Positions 49,977 through 61,256 are shown, counted from the stretch's first letter. The stretch is 64,000 nt of DNA from Promethearchaeota archaeon (GCA_019058365.1 JAHPZE010000013.1:32001-96000), one strand, 5' to 3'. Translations and numbers: made by a program. Notes: a model not told the origin generated them from the sequence alone.

Positions 49977-52900
49977 GTGAGAGAATTGAAAAATTTTGAA
50001 ACTTCGGATTATTTAGAAATAATCAAGGTTTTAGGGTATAATATTAAACCTATGAGTTATTCAGAAATAATGGAGAACACGAGATTACCAAATTCTACAT
50101 TATCTCGGGCTCTAAAATGGCTTCAAAATATTGAGAATGAAGAATTAAGCCTAAAAGAGTTAAAAGAGGCGTATTTTTTAAAAAAGGGTAATTATCTCGA
50201 GCATATAGGAATAAATAAGTCAAAGAATAGTTCATTTAAATTAACTGAAAAAGGTTTAGAAGTATTTAATTCCGAATTCTTGAAACAATCTGAGACAGAA
50301 TATATGGAAGAAATCATTAAAGATTTTCAAATAAACCAAATAATCTGGGATTTTATTTCAAGAAATAAGAAGTTATTTTTAAAAAATTATTTAAAAGCAT
50401 CCAGTAACACTTTAGAACCTTGGACATTACAGATCTTTGAATTTTTTGATGGATTACATGAATCTCAATTAGTTCAAATTCAAGAATTTATTTCTGGGCC
50501 AGAAAATATGAAATTAATTAATTTATTGGAAATAATTTCCGAAATTCTAAAACATCATCCCGTTTGGAAAAATGATATAAGCGCAAAGGGTTTTAAAACA
50601 TCTCCATATAAGTCTGGGATTATAAATACAATAAAAAACAATACCTACTTGAGAGAAAAGCTTTTTATAATTAAAAGACGGAACGAAGTAGTTTATCTGT
50701 TGAAATCAGATAAATTAATTAAAGCAATTTACCCATTAATCCAGAGATATCTTAAAATATTTTATTGGCAAGAACAGTTCTTTTATCTCTCTAAAGAAAA
50801 ATTAATTCAAAATATGACAAATAATGTGATTAATGAACTTTTTCAAGGTCATAGTGAATACAGCGATTTCATTAATGATTTTAAACTAGAAATCTCATAT
50901 TTTATCAAAAAAATTTTGATAGAGGACTTTGTTTCAACAAGAAAACCACTTAAAATGCCTTTTAATCTGATGAATAAGGATCTTAGAGAACTCATTAATT
51001 TTCAATTGAAAAGAAGGCTTTTATCCTCAGACTCTGAAGGTATTCCACCTGTTTTACTAAACCAAGGGGCTTCTAAAGATCTAATAAAAGAAAAAATCGA
51101 TCTGCTAGTTGATCAATACTTTAAAGATAAAAATAAAATGAAAAATAACTTACAACTCTTAGAAATTCTTGTTTATAACTATTCTTTGGAACTAAGAGCT
51201 GATTTTTGGTTTTATGAGAAATGGAAGTTAAGCTTAGAACCATTTATTCAGCAACTTATTTCTGAAGGCACCTCTTTGAAAAGTAAATATACTGAGCAGT
51301 TCCTTATTCTTGGTTTTATTTTTTTCAATCAAAAATTTCCTAATAGAAAGAAAGCAATTGAAATTAATGAGAGACTATTACAATTGTATCCAACTGACGA
51401 ATTTTTGTCAGAAAATCTGATATTTTTGTTATTTTCCATTCAACAATGGAATATAGACAAAATAGATTTAATTATAAACGAAGCTCTCAAAATCTACCCA
51501 GATAACCTATTATTTGCATATTCAAATATAATTATAGAGTTATTGAATAACAAGTTTAAAGATAATAAGGATTTAGTAAAGATTTTAAATATTTTATTTA
51601 ATTCAACAGAAGATTTAACTAAATTTATTAAAATCATCAGATTTTTCATTAATAAGTTAGATTCCCATGGATTTAATGAAATTAATCTACGTATTTTAGA
51701 AATTCTTGATTCAATTATTTCTGATGTGGATTTTAAATATGATTATGCAAAAGCCTTGGAAAGAAATGGTAAGATTGCTAAAGCCCTTAAAATATATATA
51801 AAAATTATGGATTTCTTTCCCAATATGTTTTTAGAATCTTATGCTCTACGAATTTTCCTAAATAATCATAAACGATTTAGTACGGAGGAAAGAAAATCTA
51901 AGGAGCTTATTTTCCTTTCAAAGGTTCAAGATTTCTCGAAAATTCTTATGTCAAATATTGAATTTGATGTAAATGAAGGTAATGTTAGCGAATTTGAAGA
52001 GAAAAGAAACTTATTTTTAAAAGAATTAAGATCTCGTTTAAAAGCAATTAATTTACTTATTAAAAATTCAGAATGTCAAATTTTACCTCTGAAAATTAAA
52101 GCTTTAATGTTAAAAGCACTTAATAGAGAAAAAAACCTTGAGAGTACTCTGTTAAAGATTCTCGATATCACACCTAAGAATATTTGGGCAATAAATGAAT
52201 TAGGTTTCTTATATTTTCAACAAAATAGATTTGGGGAAGGACTTAAGTTATTTGAATTAGCTGAACTAATTAAAAGGGAGATTAATTACAATATACCTTA
52301 TTTACATATAATAGGTCATTCATATCTTTATGAAATTCATGAATTTAATTTTGCAGAGTTATATAAAAAAGCAGGAAAGTATAACCAAGCGATTTTAATC
52401 TATATAGATTATCTAACTGATTTAAATAAAAGATTACCATTCAATACTACGGCGAATATACTAACAGACGACCTAATCTTTTGTTATCAAAAAATTGGGG
52501 TAAATACTGATGAAATTGTTGAGGAAATATTAATCTTATTGGATAAGATCGAACATGCCATTTATATTAAAGATCAAGAAAATAAGGGAATATTTGTAGA
52601 TCGAAGCATAAATATACAGCATGACCCAGTTTCAATAAAGAATTCCCTAATAAAATACCTCTATAATGAGAAAAAGTATAAATTATGTTTAGAATTTATT
52701 CAAAGGTTTAATGAAGAAACTCCTAGAGTCTTGGAAAATATTCATAATAGTATTTTATCACCCTTTAATATTAATACAATTTATTTAGCAGAGTGTTACT
52801 TTAATTTAAATGATTTAGATAAAGCTAATATGTTTTATGAACAAGCTTATCAAAATTTTAATGAAGATATTAGATATAAATCTAAAATTACTACTAATTT

Positions 52901-54728
52901 ATGGTTTATCCGTCCTTTTCCAGAATATCTAAAAATCAAGGAAAAGAAATATCATATCAATAAGATAGAAAATGGTCTAAAAAAAATCAATATATTATTA
53001 GAAAAAGAAAATATTCTGGAGGAATTAATTTTTAAAACCGATATTGAAAGATCTATCGGTAATATTAGTTTATTAATACGGAAACGACTAAAAATACAAA
53101 AAAACTTATTTGATATCCTCCAAGATCAATTAAATTCTATTTCAGAAGAAGATATAGATTATTATGAAATAATTCTCGCTAGTTCCTATGCTATAATAGG
53201 ATATATTGATGAAATGTTTAAATTAATAGAAAAGAAGAATGTCGAAAAGTCATATCCTATTGTTTCTAGTCTATTACAAGTGCTATATTTCTATTATGAA
53301 AATGATTTCGACAAATATAATGAATTGAACATAAAATTACATCGATTAATTCCAAATTCTTTGCTTCCAATTTTGTTAAATCTTCATTTTTTGAGATTCA
53401 AGAGGGGAATATCCAAGATTTATAATATAACTAATCTATTTAAAACTATTTGGAGGATAAATCATAAAAAAATCAAGATTTATGGAATAGAAAAACAGGT
53501 TTTTAAATATTTTAAGAATAATTTAACCTGGTATCCATTTAAGTGGGCTTTAGAGATTGAGAGATATGTTAGAATATCTGAAAATGCTGAAGTAAAGCAA
53601 TTGTTTGAAGTCTTAAATTTCATTGAAGATAAGAGCTTTAATCAAGGACGTGAATTATTAGATTTTATTACGAGATCATTAAATACTGATAGGAAAATAT
53701 CGGAGTTTCTAAGTTTATTGTTAATTTTAAATAGTTATAATTATCTAGAGACAAAATATCAAATCTATAAGATATTAAATCCTGAAATTCAACAATATGA
53801 ATTGAAATCATTTGGAGAAATTGCGTATAAAGCGAATAAGTTGGATGAATTTCTACCGGTGCTTGATGATTATCGGAATAAGGAAATTAGGAAGTATAAA
53901 GAAGCAAGCATGTCAGATTGGAATATTAAATGGTTAGAAGAGCGATATGTATCCTTTCTTTTAACTTGTTTCAAATATCCTGAGCTTGATGATAGGATCT
54001 CAAAAAGATTGAAGTATCTTGAGAGTTTAGATGATTATCCAAAAGAAAAAATCCGATATTTTAAAATTTTACGCGATATTAGAGAAAAACACTATGAAGC
54101 AGCTGAAATTAAAGCATACCAATTATTAACCTTGTTTAATAATGATGCAGATTTGAAATGGGATAATGAATATTTTAAGATATGGATATTAAGTAAGGTA
54201 TTATTTGATCTAACTGAGGGAAAAGAGATAAGCCCTAATGAAATCTTTAAAGAAATCGATCAACTCATAGATTTCAATAAATTGAATAAGCAGCCCATAT
54301 ATTTTAGAGTTTTAATATTGGATGTTTTAAAACACGAGTTATTGGACGAATTTAAAAGAGAAATCCTAAATTTTGCGTTGAAGTTATTTATTGAAATTGT
54401 CCAATCAATTAATTGGAGTGATAAAACATCCCATAATATAATTCTGGAAAAGATCTTTTTCAATAGGGATATTATTTGTCAATTTTCTACTGAAATTGCT
54501 AAATATTTAGATCAATTATTAGAACATTTAATTCTCGACCAATTTAACGATACGAGGAAGAATTACTTGCATTATATTAAAGCAAAGATTTATCTTAAAA
54601 ATAATGAAAAACTTAAAGCTAAGAAAGTATTGGAATTGCTTTTTGATAATATTAACGAGAATGAAATCTATACTATCTACTATGATATTAATGATTTATA
54701 TTTAGAAAAATTAAAAAAAATAATTTGA
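49977..54728 (+). CDS. 1583-aa N-terminal wHTH + TPR-repeat protein
   Basis: MSYSEIMENTRLPNSTLSRALKWL...FKLTEKG (wHTH); TPR-like units (YAKALERNGKIAKALKIY, AINELGFLYFQQNRFGEG, YLAECYFNLNDLDKANMFYEQA). Confidence 0.75.
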   Translation: MRELKNFETSDYLEIIKVLGYNIKPMSYSEIMENTRLPNSTLSRALKWLQNIENEELSLKELKEAYFLKKGNYLEHIGINKSKNSSFKLTEKGLEVFNSEFLKQSETEYMEEIIKDFQINQIIWDFISRNKKLFLKNYLKASSNTLEPWTLQIFEFFDGLHESQLVQIQEFISGPENMKLINLLEIISEILKHHPVWKNDISAKGFKTSPYKSGIINTIKNNTYLREKLFIIKRRNEVVYLLKSDKLIKAIYPLIQRYLKIFYWQEQFFYLSKEKLIQNMTNNVINELFQGHSEYSDFINDFKLEISYFIKKILIEDFVSTRKPLKMPFNLMNKDLRELINFQLKRRLLSSDSEGIPPVLLNQGASKDLIKEKIDLLVDQYFKDKNKMKNNLQLLEILVYNYSLELRADFWFYEKWKLSLEPFIQQLISEGTSLKSKYTEQFLILGFIFFNQKFPNRKKAIEINERLLQLYPTDEFLSENLIFLLFSIQQWNIDKIDLIINEALKIYPDNLLFAYSNIIIELLNNKFKDNKDLVKILNILFNSTEDLTKFIKIIRFFINKLDSHGFNEINLRILEILDSIISDVDFKYDYAKALERNGKIAKALKIYIKIMDFFPNMFLESYALRIFLNNHKRFSTEERKSKELIFLSKVQDFSKILMSNIEFDVNEGNVSEFEEKRNLFLKELRSRLKAINLLIKNSECQILPLKIKALMLKALNREKNLESTLLKILDITPKNIWAINELGFLYFQQNRFGEGLKLFELAELIKREINYNIPYLHIIGHSYLYEIHEFNFAELYKKAGKYNQAILIYIDYLTDLNKRLPFNTTANILTDDLIFCYQKIGVNTDEIVEEILILLDKIEHAIYIKDQENKGIFVDRSINIQHDPVSIKNSLIKYLYNEKKYKLCLEFIQRFNEETPRVLENIHNSILSPFNINTIYLAECYFNLNDLDKANMFYEQAYQNFNEDIRYKSKITTNLWFIRPFPEYLKIKEKKYHINKIENGLKKINILLEKENILEELIFKTDIERSIGNISLLIRKRLKIQKNLFDILQDQLNSISEEDIDYYEIILASSYAIIGYIDEMFKLIEKKNVEKSYPIVSSLLQVLYFYYENDFDKYNELNIKLHRLIPNSLLPILLNLHFLRFKRGISKIYNITNLFKTIWRINHKKIKIYGIEKQVFKYFKNNLTWYPFKWALEIERYVRISENAEVKQLFEVLNFIEDKSFNQGRELLDFITRSLNTDRKISEFLSLLLILNSYNYLETKYQIYKILNPEIQQYELKSFGEIAYKANKLDEFLPVLDDYRNKEIRKYKEASMSDWNIKWLEERYVSFLLTCFKYPELDDRISKRLKYLESLDDYPKEKIRYFKILRDIREKHYEAAEIKAYQLLTLFNNDADLKWDNEYFKIWILSKVLFDLTEGKEISPNEIFKEIDQLIDFNKLNKQPIYFRVLILDVLKHELLDEFKREILNFALKLFIEIVQSINWSDKTSHNIILEKIFFNRDIICQFSTEIAKYLDQLLEHLILDQFNDTRKNYLHYIKAKIYLKNNEKLKAKKVLELLFDNINENEIYTIYYDINDLYLEKLKKII

Positions 54729-54734
54729 TAAAAT

Positions 54735-54920
54735 GAAGCCCATAATTCAAAAAACTTATATGAAAATTTTTTAAAACCTGAGATTGAAAAAGTTCCAGTT
54801 CTTGAAGCTAATCGTTCAGATGAATTACGGACAGATATTTTAAAACAACTTATATTAAATCTTTATAATTCATTTATCGTCATTGCTGATCTCACTGATC
54901 GCAATACTTGTAATATATAG
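54735..54920 (+). pseudogene. Fragment of a nucleoside 2-deoxyribosyltransferase/TIR-like gene
   Basis: NLYENFLKPEIEK..ANRSDE..ILKQLILNLYNSFIVIADLTDRN, then breaks off before the expected PNVFYELG; the stop codon comes from the CRISPR trailer sequence. Confidence 0.55.
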
Positions 54921-54959
54921 AGAAAGAAGGAAAAAACTAATGGGAATAATTTATAATTT
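54914..54959 (-). repeat. Second copy of the CRISPR trailer/terminator
   Basis: 43/46 identical to 11365-11410. Confidence 0.85.
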
Positions 54960-55111
54960 CGTTTCAAACCCGTATGTAAGGATATGATGAAATTATCTTC
55001 ATCAAGAACGTTAATTCTAAGTGATTCATCCCCACGTGTGTGGGGATAATTTACAGTATTTAGGTTTAATTGATCTCCAATTCGATTCAACCCCACATGT
55101 GTGGGAGTAAT
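54960..55111 (-). CRISPR. Mini CRISPR array, 3 degenerate I-E-like repeats and 2 spacers
   Basis: Repeats at 54960 (very degenerate), 55022 (TGATTCATCCCCACGTGTGTGGGGATAAT) and 55083 (CGATTCAACCCCACATGTGTGGGAGTAAT); spacers are 33 and 32 nt. Confidence 0.85.
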
Positions 55112-55461
55112 ATGAGATTTATATTTCTTTTTTTAATTTTTTTTTATTATTTATTGAAAAATAATAAGATTATATAAATATAACCTTTTTTTATTTGAAA
55201 AAAGGAGTAATATAAGTAAAATTTTAAAACAGTTATAAGATTAATTATGTAACTTGAAATTAACTTGTTTTTCCAACTGTAATCATTACCACAACGTAAA
55301 CCTTCAAATTCAAACATCTAAACTTGAGATTCATCAAATCCACTGTCCTCCCCCATAATAAAAAAATAAAAAATAAAAATATTTATATTAAAAAATGATA
55401 AATATATATAATATAAAGTAATATTATATTAAATAAAATTAAAAAAATTCCACTTAAAAAA

Positions 55462-57033
55462 ATGAAAAACTTTATACTAAATGAGTTTTTAGAACTGAAA
55501 TTAGAGAACCAAAAAACCAATATTTACGTGGATGGTGAACTGTTTATGCAATGTAAAAAATTAATTTTAAATATTTATCCTTGGAATGAGGAATTTGACA
55601 AAATAAAATCAATTGATGCTGCTGCTCTGGTAAATGATAAATTTTCGCAAGAGAATGGAAGTACAACAAATCATTTGCTTTCGCCAGAAGAGGAATTTAA
55701 AGGTCACTGCTCCAATTTACAGGTTTGGGTTGAAAATGATTATAACACTAATCTGCTTCATAGTAATTTAGCATTTCCACTATTAAAACGGCTTACTGAG
55801 GTTGGGGATCAACAAGCACGACGTGTGTTTAAGGACGAGGTATTTAAACGATTTTCTACAGGTGAAGAAACAGCTATAGTATCTCTTATTGAATCAGATT
55901 ACTTGAGCAGGGATGAAAATGAATATTTACTTGAGGATCCTAAAATAACTCAAAATCTTTTAACGGTATTTAAAAGTGAAAATTTTCACTATAGAAATAC
56001 AATATTAAATTTTGTTAAAAAACTTGGAAATAGCCATAATTTCATTATTCGTAATTTTTCTGAAATTGCAGTTAATTTTAGTACGAGAGAGTTGTCGACT
56101 TTGCTAAATTATTTGCGGGTAGACCTTAATTTTCAAGAATATAATACATTTTTAGAGAATAATTTAATTTCATTTTTAATAAAAAAATACAAAGATTTAT
56201 CGTCTGCTAACCTTGATGGTATAAACTTATTATTAGATGTAATTGGAGAAAAAAATTTTCCTAATATTAAATTTGAGGAGAGACGTATTGATTACGGACT
56301 ATTTAATTATGAAGTTAAAGAATTTTATAAACGGAAAAACATTAATTTTGGATTAAAGGAAGATCCCAATGGGAATTTAGCGTTCAGAATCAGGCCATTC
56401 AATAAATTATATTCGTATGAATTGCACTTTATGTTGGGTAGATGGATAACTTCTAAAGAAGAACTTCAACTACTCTACAACATAAAAAATGCGCTTTTTG
56501 GAAATGAGGAAATTATTATCAAAAAAATTAAATTGAATGTTTTTATACATCAGGAGTATGATGAAGATGATGATTTTTATGATGAAGAATTTAAAAATAA
56601 AAATGAAATTCAGATTTTTGTTTTAAAATTAAATCATGACTTAAATGTAGAAAAATTTGAAAAAAATATTGAATTATTATTACAAACTAGCATGGAAATG
56701 AGCGAGAAAATCATAATTTTATATAAAATCGTCAGAAACTATTATTTATCAAAAATACGTGATACAGAGACGAGAATTATTGAAAAAGATTTGTTTTTTT
56801 ACAAACTTGTCGATTATTATAAGAAACACGGTTATGACGTTATTTTAGAATTTAATTACCTAAGAATTTTTAAAATACGGGAAAAAAATAAAAATTTTTA
56901 TATATATTTTAATAATTCAGAAATGCTGATAGAAATAAAAAAAATTTTTTTTTCTAGTGAGACTGATTTGTTAATCCAGCGTATTCACCATAATAATAAT
57001 AACATTTTCATTACAGTAAACTTTGACTCCTGA
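55462..57033 (+). CDS. Protein with Lokiarchaeia-type expanded N-terminal domain
   Basis: LELKLENQKTNIYVDGELFMQCK...SPEEEFKGHCSNLQVWVENDYNTNLLHSNLAFPLLKRLTEVGD, a domain I recognise from many lokiarchaeal (often LRR-fused) proteins. Confidence 0.7.
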   Translation: MKNFILNEFLELKLENQKTNIYVDGELFMQCKKLILNIYPWNEEFDKIKSIDAAALVNDKFSQENGSTTNHLLSPEEEFKGHCSNLQVWVENDYNTNLLHSNLAFPLLKRLTEVGDQQARRVFKDEVFKRFSTGEETAIVSLIESDYLSRDENEYLLEDPKITQNLLTVFKSENFHYRNTILNFVKKLGNSHNFIIRNFSEIAVNFSTRELSTLLNYLRVDLNFQEYNTFLENNLISFLIKKYKDLSSANLDGINLLLDVIGEKNFPNIKFEERRIDYGLFNYEVKEFYKRKNINFGLKEDPNGNLAFRIRPFNKLYSYELHFMLGRWITSKEELQLLYNIKNALFGNEEIIIKKIKLNVFIHQEYDEDDDFYDEEFKNKNEIQIFVLKLNHDLNVEKFEKNIELLLQTSMEMSEKIIILYKIVRNYYLSKIRDTETRIIEKDLFFYKLVDYYKKHGYDVILEFNYLRIFKIREKNKNFYIYFNNSEMLIEIKKIFFSSETDLLIQRIHHNNNNIFITVNFDS

Positions 57034-57211
57034 TAAGAAATTTTCTCTTTATATTTAATTTAGCAAAAAACTTTATAAATCAACTTACGATAAAAACAAA
57101 AAACAACATAAAAATAAAAAATATCCCCATAGATTAGCAATTTAAACTTATATACTTTTTGCATTTTATATATAATTATAAATTATGATAAATAAATTAG
57201 AACAATTTTAA

Positions 57212-58969
57212 AAAAAAAATATACTTCCTTTAGGTATTGAACCATCTGAGTATAGAGATAAATTTCTCTCTTCATATCCATTTCTTCCAGATGTTATCGA
57301 TTGTCTTTATCACAAATGGGGAAGTTTTCCGAATTTTCAAAGAACTAGAGGTGTCTTAAGATTTTTATCTTTAGCAGTATACTGTTTAAGAGAAAAAAAC
57401 ATAGAATACATAACTTTAGCCGATTTTGACCTAAAATTTCAGGATCTCAGAAGAGAACTAATAAAAAATATTGGAAATGAATATGATAGTATTATTTCTG
57501 CTGATATTACTGATAACAATTCTGGATCCAAAAAAGTAGATATTTCATTAGGGGAAAGTTATAAAGGACTTCAACTTGGGACTAGATGCTCAACTGCTAT
57601 ATTCTTGTTTTCATTTTCAACTGGAAAAGAAAATGGGGCAAATTTTAAAGAAATGAAGAGATCCTCTACTATTTCTTCAATTCCTTCGAGTATTGTTTCA
57701 GAAGCTGTAGATATGTTAAAAAATGAAAAACTCTTTTATATAGAAGAGCAAGCAGGTAGAATTTTCTTCAAAAATACACCAAATCTCAATAAAATTATTA
57801 TAAATAAGACAGAAAATGTCGAGGATAACGAAATATTAAACGAAGAAAAGCAACACCTTATATCTTCAATCAAGAAAGGGAATTTTAACAAAATCTATAT
57901 TTGGCCTACTGAATCTAAAGATATTGATGATAATCAAAATTTAAAATTGATTATTCTTGAAAAGAAAGATAGTGAATTTATGAATTCCATTATTGAAAAC
58001 AAGGGAACAATACCTCGAGTATATAGAAATACACTATTTTTTCTCTCACCATTAGAAACAAAAAGATTAGAATTATTTTTTACCATAAAAAGAAAAATTG
58101 CGCTAGAACAAGTACAAAAAGATACTTCATTAAAATTAAATCAGCAGGAAAAGAAAAATATTTCTGATTCTATAAAAGTACAAAAGGAAACCATAATGAC
58201 AAAAATCAACGAAACTTATAGGATTTTAAATATCCCTTCGAAAAATATAATTGAAGATGTTGATCTTGGAATACCTACATATGGAGAAACTATGAACCTA
58301 ACAAGAGATGTTTATGATAAATTGAAATCAGAAGGAACAATCATTGAAAAAATGGTTCCATTAGGCGTTAAAGAGAAATATCTTAAGGGAAAAGAATTTG
58401 TTTCCACTAAAAATATTCATGATAATTTCTTAAAAACATTAGGAGAAAACAGATTGGTGGATCAGAGTGTTTTGGAAAACTCAATAAAAGAAGGTGTTAA
58501 ACAAGGATTATTTGGCTTAGGTATAGTTGAAGAGGATAAAACCAAACCTATTTATTGGAAACAAAAATGTGATGTCGGATTCAGTGAAAATGAAATATTA
58601 ATTATTCCAGAATTTTGCGAAAAATATTTTAAGGAATTAGAAGAAATTGAAAAAGTTGAAAAAGAAAAGGAAATAACTATTGAGAGTAAAATAACTGAAA
58701 GTATTCCAGAACAAACAATATCTGAATCTGAAGTAAAGGAGGAGGATAAAAAAATTCTAACTGAAAAATCAATTTTAAAAATGAATATTCCAAAATTCAT
58801 TATTCCTAAGGGAAGAGTCTCAGCTTTAATGGGATTATTGAATTATATCCAAACAAAATTTGATAAAATAGAAATTGAAATAGATGCTTCTGATGGGACA
58901 ATTGAAGAAGGAGAGTACGAAGATAATGTAAAAGAAGCCTTAAAACAATTAGGAATAAATATTAAATAA
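57212..58969 (+). pseudogene. 5'-truncated DUF499-family AAA+ ATPase gene
   Basis: The open frame extends upstream of the listed ORF to a stop at 57209 and contains YPFLPDVIDCLYHKWGSFPNFQRTRGVLR, PNLNK and YRNTLFFL. The Walker A-containing N-terminal part is absent. Confidence 0.8.
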
Positions 58970-59186
58970 AATTTTCTTTTATTTAAAGTTTTAATTTATG
59001 ATAAAGTAATCAATAAACTAAATTTCAATTCTTTTTTTGATTTATTTTACCATATGATAAATCCAAATAATCGGATCAAAAGTTTAAAAAAGGAGAGAAA
59101 CAATTCAATACTATAAAAAGAATGAAAAGAATCCAAATTAATAAAAGTATCTTTTTAATTATCCGAGCATTAAATCACAAAATTAA

Positions 59187-60086
59187 TTAGAATAAAATTA
59201 AGGATTTTTCTCTATTTTTACATAGCAATAATAACATAAAATGAGCTTTATTCCTCGTTAAAATATTACGATTTTGTTTGATAACTGAAGAAATATAGAG
59301 ATCACCTAATTTTTTACAATCTCTAATTCCTATTTTATAATTTTTATCATGTACAATATTCTGTAAAGCCGTAATTAATTTTTTATCATAATTAGTTATA
59401 TTTTTTGTTTTACTTAATTCAAGATATTTTTCCAATATTTGAACAATAAATTCTTGGTTTATATGTACAAAACTTAAGATTTTTTTTCCAATATCCGAAC
59501 AGATCTGTGAACAAGTACTTTTCTCATTGATAGCAAACTCATCATTTTCAGCATCATAAAAGTATTCCCAATTACATAATAAACACTCAAAATCATTTAA
59601 AATATTATAATTTGTTAAATCATCATAGACATTTTTAAGCTTTATTTTAAAATCCCAAATTAATGTTTTCAGTCTATCGATTAAAATTTCCTTTATATTT
59701 TCACTATTATTAAGACCTTTAACCATAATTTCCATAGTTTTTTTTTGATACTCTTCTAACATTCTTTCATAAATTATCCTCATCCTCCCAAATTGTTGTT
59801 CTCTTCGATGATATTTCCGAGAAATCTCTTCTAATAATTCTGGAAAGATTTTAACTATGAATAATTCCTTTTCTTGAATTTTAATTATTAATAATTTATA
59901 GATTTCAATAAAGCGGAAGAAATCCAAAAAAATATTCCTGAATTCATATCGAATAATACTTGTAATATGTATTTTTTCATATGATATGATTTGTTTTCTG
60001 ATCTTTCTTGAAGTATTAGAATTCCCAAAATAGAGATGAATTAAAGCAGAAGTATCTAATATTAAATCCAAATTGTCATTCTCCAT
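59187..60086 (-). CDS. PIN-domain protein
   Basis: LILDTSALI, IRYEF, LGDLYI, ILTRNKAHF. Confidence 0.75.
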   Translation of the reverse strand: MENDNLDLILDTSALIHLYFGNSNTSRKIRKQIISYEKIHITSIIRYEFRNIFLDFFRFIEIYKLLIIKIQEKELFIVKIFPELLEEISRKYHRREQQFGRMRIIYERMLEEYQKKTMEIMVKGLNNSENIKEILIDRLKTLIWDFKIKLKNVYDDLTNYNILNDFECLLCNWEYFYDAENDEFAINEKSTCSQICSDIGKKILSFVHINQEFIVQILEKYLELSKTKNITNYDKKLITALQNIVHDKNYKIGIRDCKKLGDLYISSVIKQNRNILTRNKAHFMLLLLCKNREKSLILF

Positions 60087-60096
60087 TGTATAATGC

Positions 60097-61254
60097 TTAT
60101 AAATTTACTTTTTGACTGATCTCATCTTCTTTTTCATCGTCTTCTGTAAAATCTTTACCATATTCAAGATAGTCTTTATTTTTTCCCCTCTTCAGAGTTA
60201 AATCTTTTTCATATTCTAAAATAAATCTTAAAATTTCTTCTTCTGTTGCGCTAGTTTTCTGTAGTATCGTGAATGTATCCTCAGGCGTATAGAAAGAGTT
60301 ATAATTTTGAAATAATTGAGACGTTAATGAAACAAAAATATTACGATCTGAAGGACTTTCTAAAGGCCAATCTAGACTTAGAGATTTTAAAAGATATATT
60401 AAAACTGAAATTATAATCTCATTATCCCATTTATTATTCAAGTTCTTTAATAATAAGTCTAATAATGATAACTTCAATTTATGAAATTTTTTATCTTTTA
60501 GGCTGATCTGATCTATATTATGGATGATATTTTTTGTAATTATAAATTTATTATTTTTTATACCTAACTGTAAATTGGAGAATAATTCCTTGAATATGGA
60601 GTTATCAGCAGTAGTCTCAGTTATATTAAAGACTTTCAAGATTGCTTCCACATAATCAAGAAAAACATTTAAATAGCGAACTCGAAGTTCTTTAAAAATA
60701 TTTATAATCTTAATTTGTAATTGTTTTTTAGATAAATTGAAAATCTTATCCTTTATTCTACTATTTTCTGTAAAATCTTCTCTAATATAATAAACAAATT
60801 GATTCAATACATTGTTATCGTGATTAGGGAAGAGTTTGCATATTCTTTCTATTAACTCGATTTTATATTCTGGCTTTTCTGGAATAAGTTTTTCTTCAAT
60901 CATTTGAATTATTCCTTTTTCATCTTCTTCTAGAATCTTAATCTTAAATATGGGACTTGAATATTCTTCAATCCATTTTTCTTCCACTTCAATAAACTTG
61001 TAATTTTTTAACGTACTAATTAATAATTCATATTCATCATAATCAATTGTAGGCCCATAATTATAAGGAAAAAAATCTAAATTCAGATCAGATTCTTCAT
61101 TAATCGGAATAATTTTTTCAAAAACAAATAATAATTTTATTAATCGAGTTTTTAAAGTATAGTAATTTTCAGAATAATATAGAATAAGAAGGATTAATTC
61201 CTCATTTTCAATTATCTCCTTAGATCTAAAATCATTATCTTCCATTTCTTTCAC
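60097..61254 (-). CDS. SocA/Panacea (DUF4065/YwgA-like) wHTH domain protein with C-terminal extension
   Basis: KTRLIKLLFVFE...DFFPYNYGP motif. Confidence 0.65.
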   Translation of the reverse strand: MKEMEDNDFRSKEIIENEELILLILYYSENYYTLKTRLIKLLFVFEKIIPINEESDLNLDFFPYNYGPTIDYDEYELLISTLKNYKFIEVEEKWIEEYSSPIFKIKILEEDEKGIIQMIEEKLIPEKPEYKIELIERICKLFPNHDNNVLNQFVYYIREDFTENSRIKDKIFNLSKKQLQIKIINIFKELRVRYLNVFLDYVEAILKVFNITETTADNSIFKELFSNLQLGIKNNKFIITKNIIHNIDQISLKDKKFHKLKLSLLDLLLKNLNNKWDNEIIISVLIYLLKSLSLDWPLESPSDRNIFVSLTSQLFQNYNSFYTPEDTFTILQKTSATEEEILRFILEYEKDLTLKRGKNKDYLEYGKDFTEDDEKEDEISQKVNL

Positions 61255-61256
61255 CT

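Noticed and set aside
21494-54463. Many 60-170 aa antisense or nested ORFs in the ORF track (e.g. 21494-21799, 29946-30287, 47460-47972)
   Set aside because: These are shadow frames of long, well-supported genes, with S/F/L/I-rich composition typical of antisense AT-rich DNA.
54863-55096. 77-aa minus-strand ORF
   Set aside because: It runs through the CRISPR repeats and spacers; spurious.
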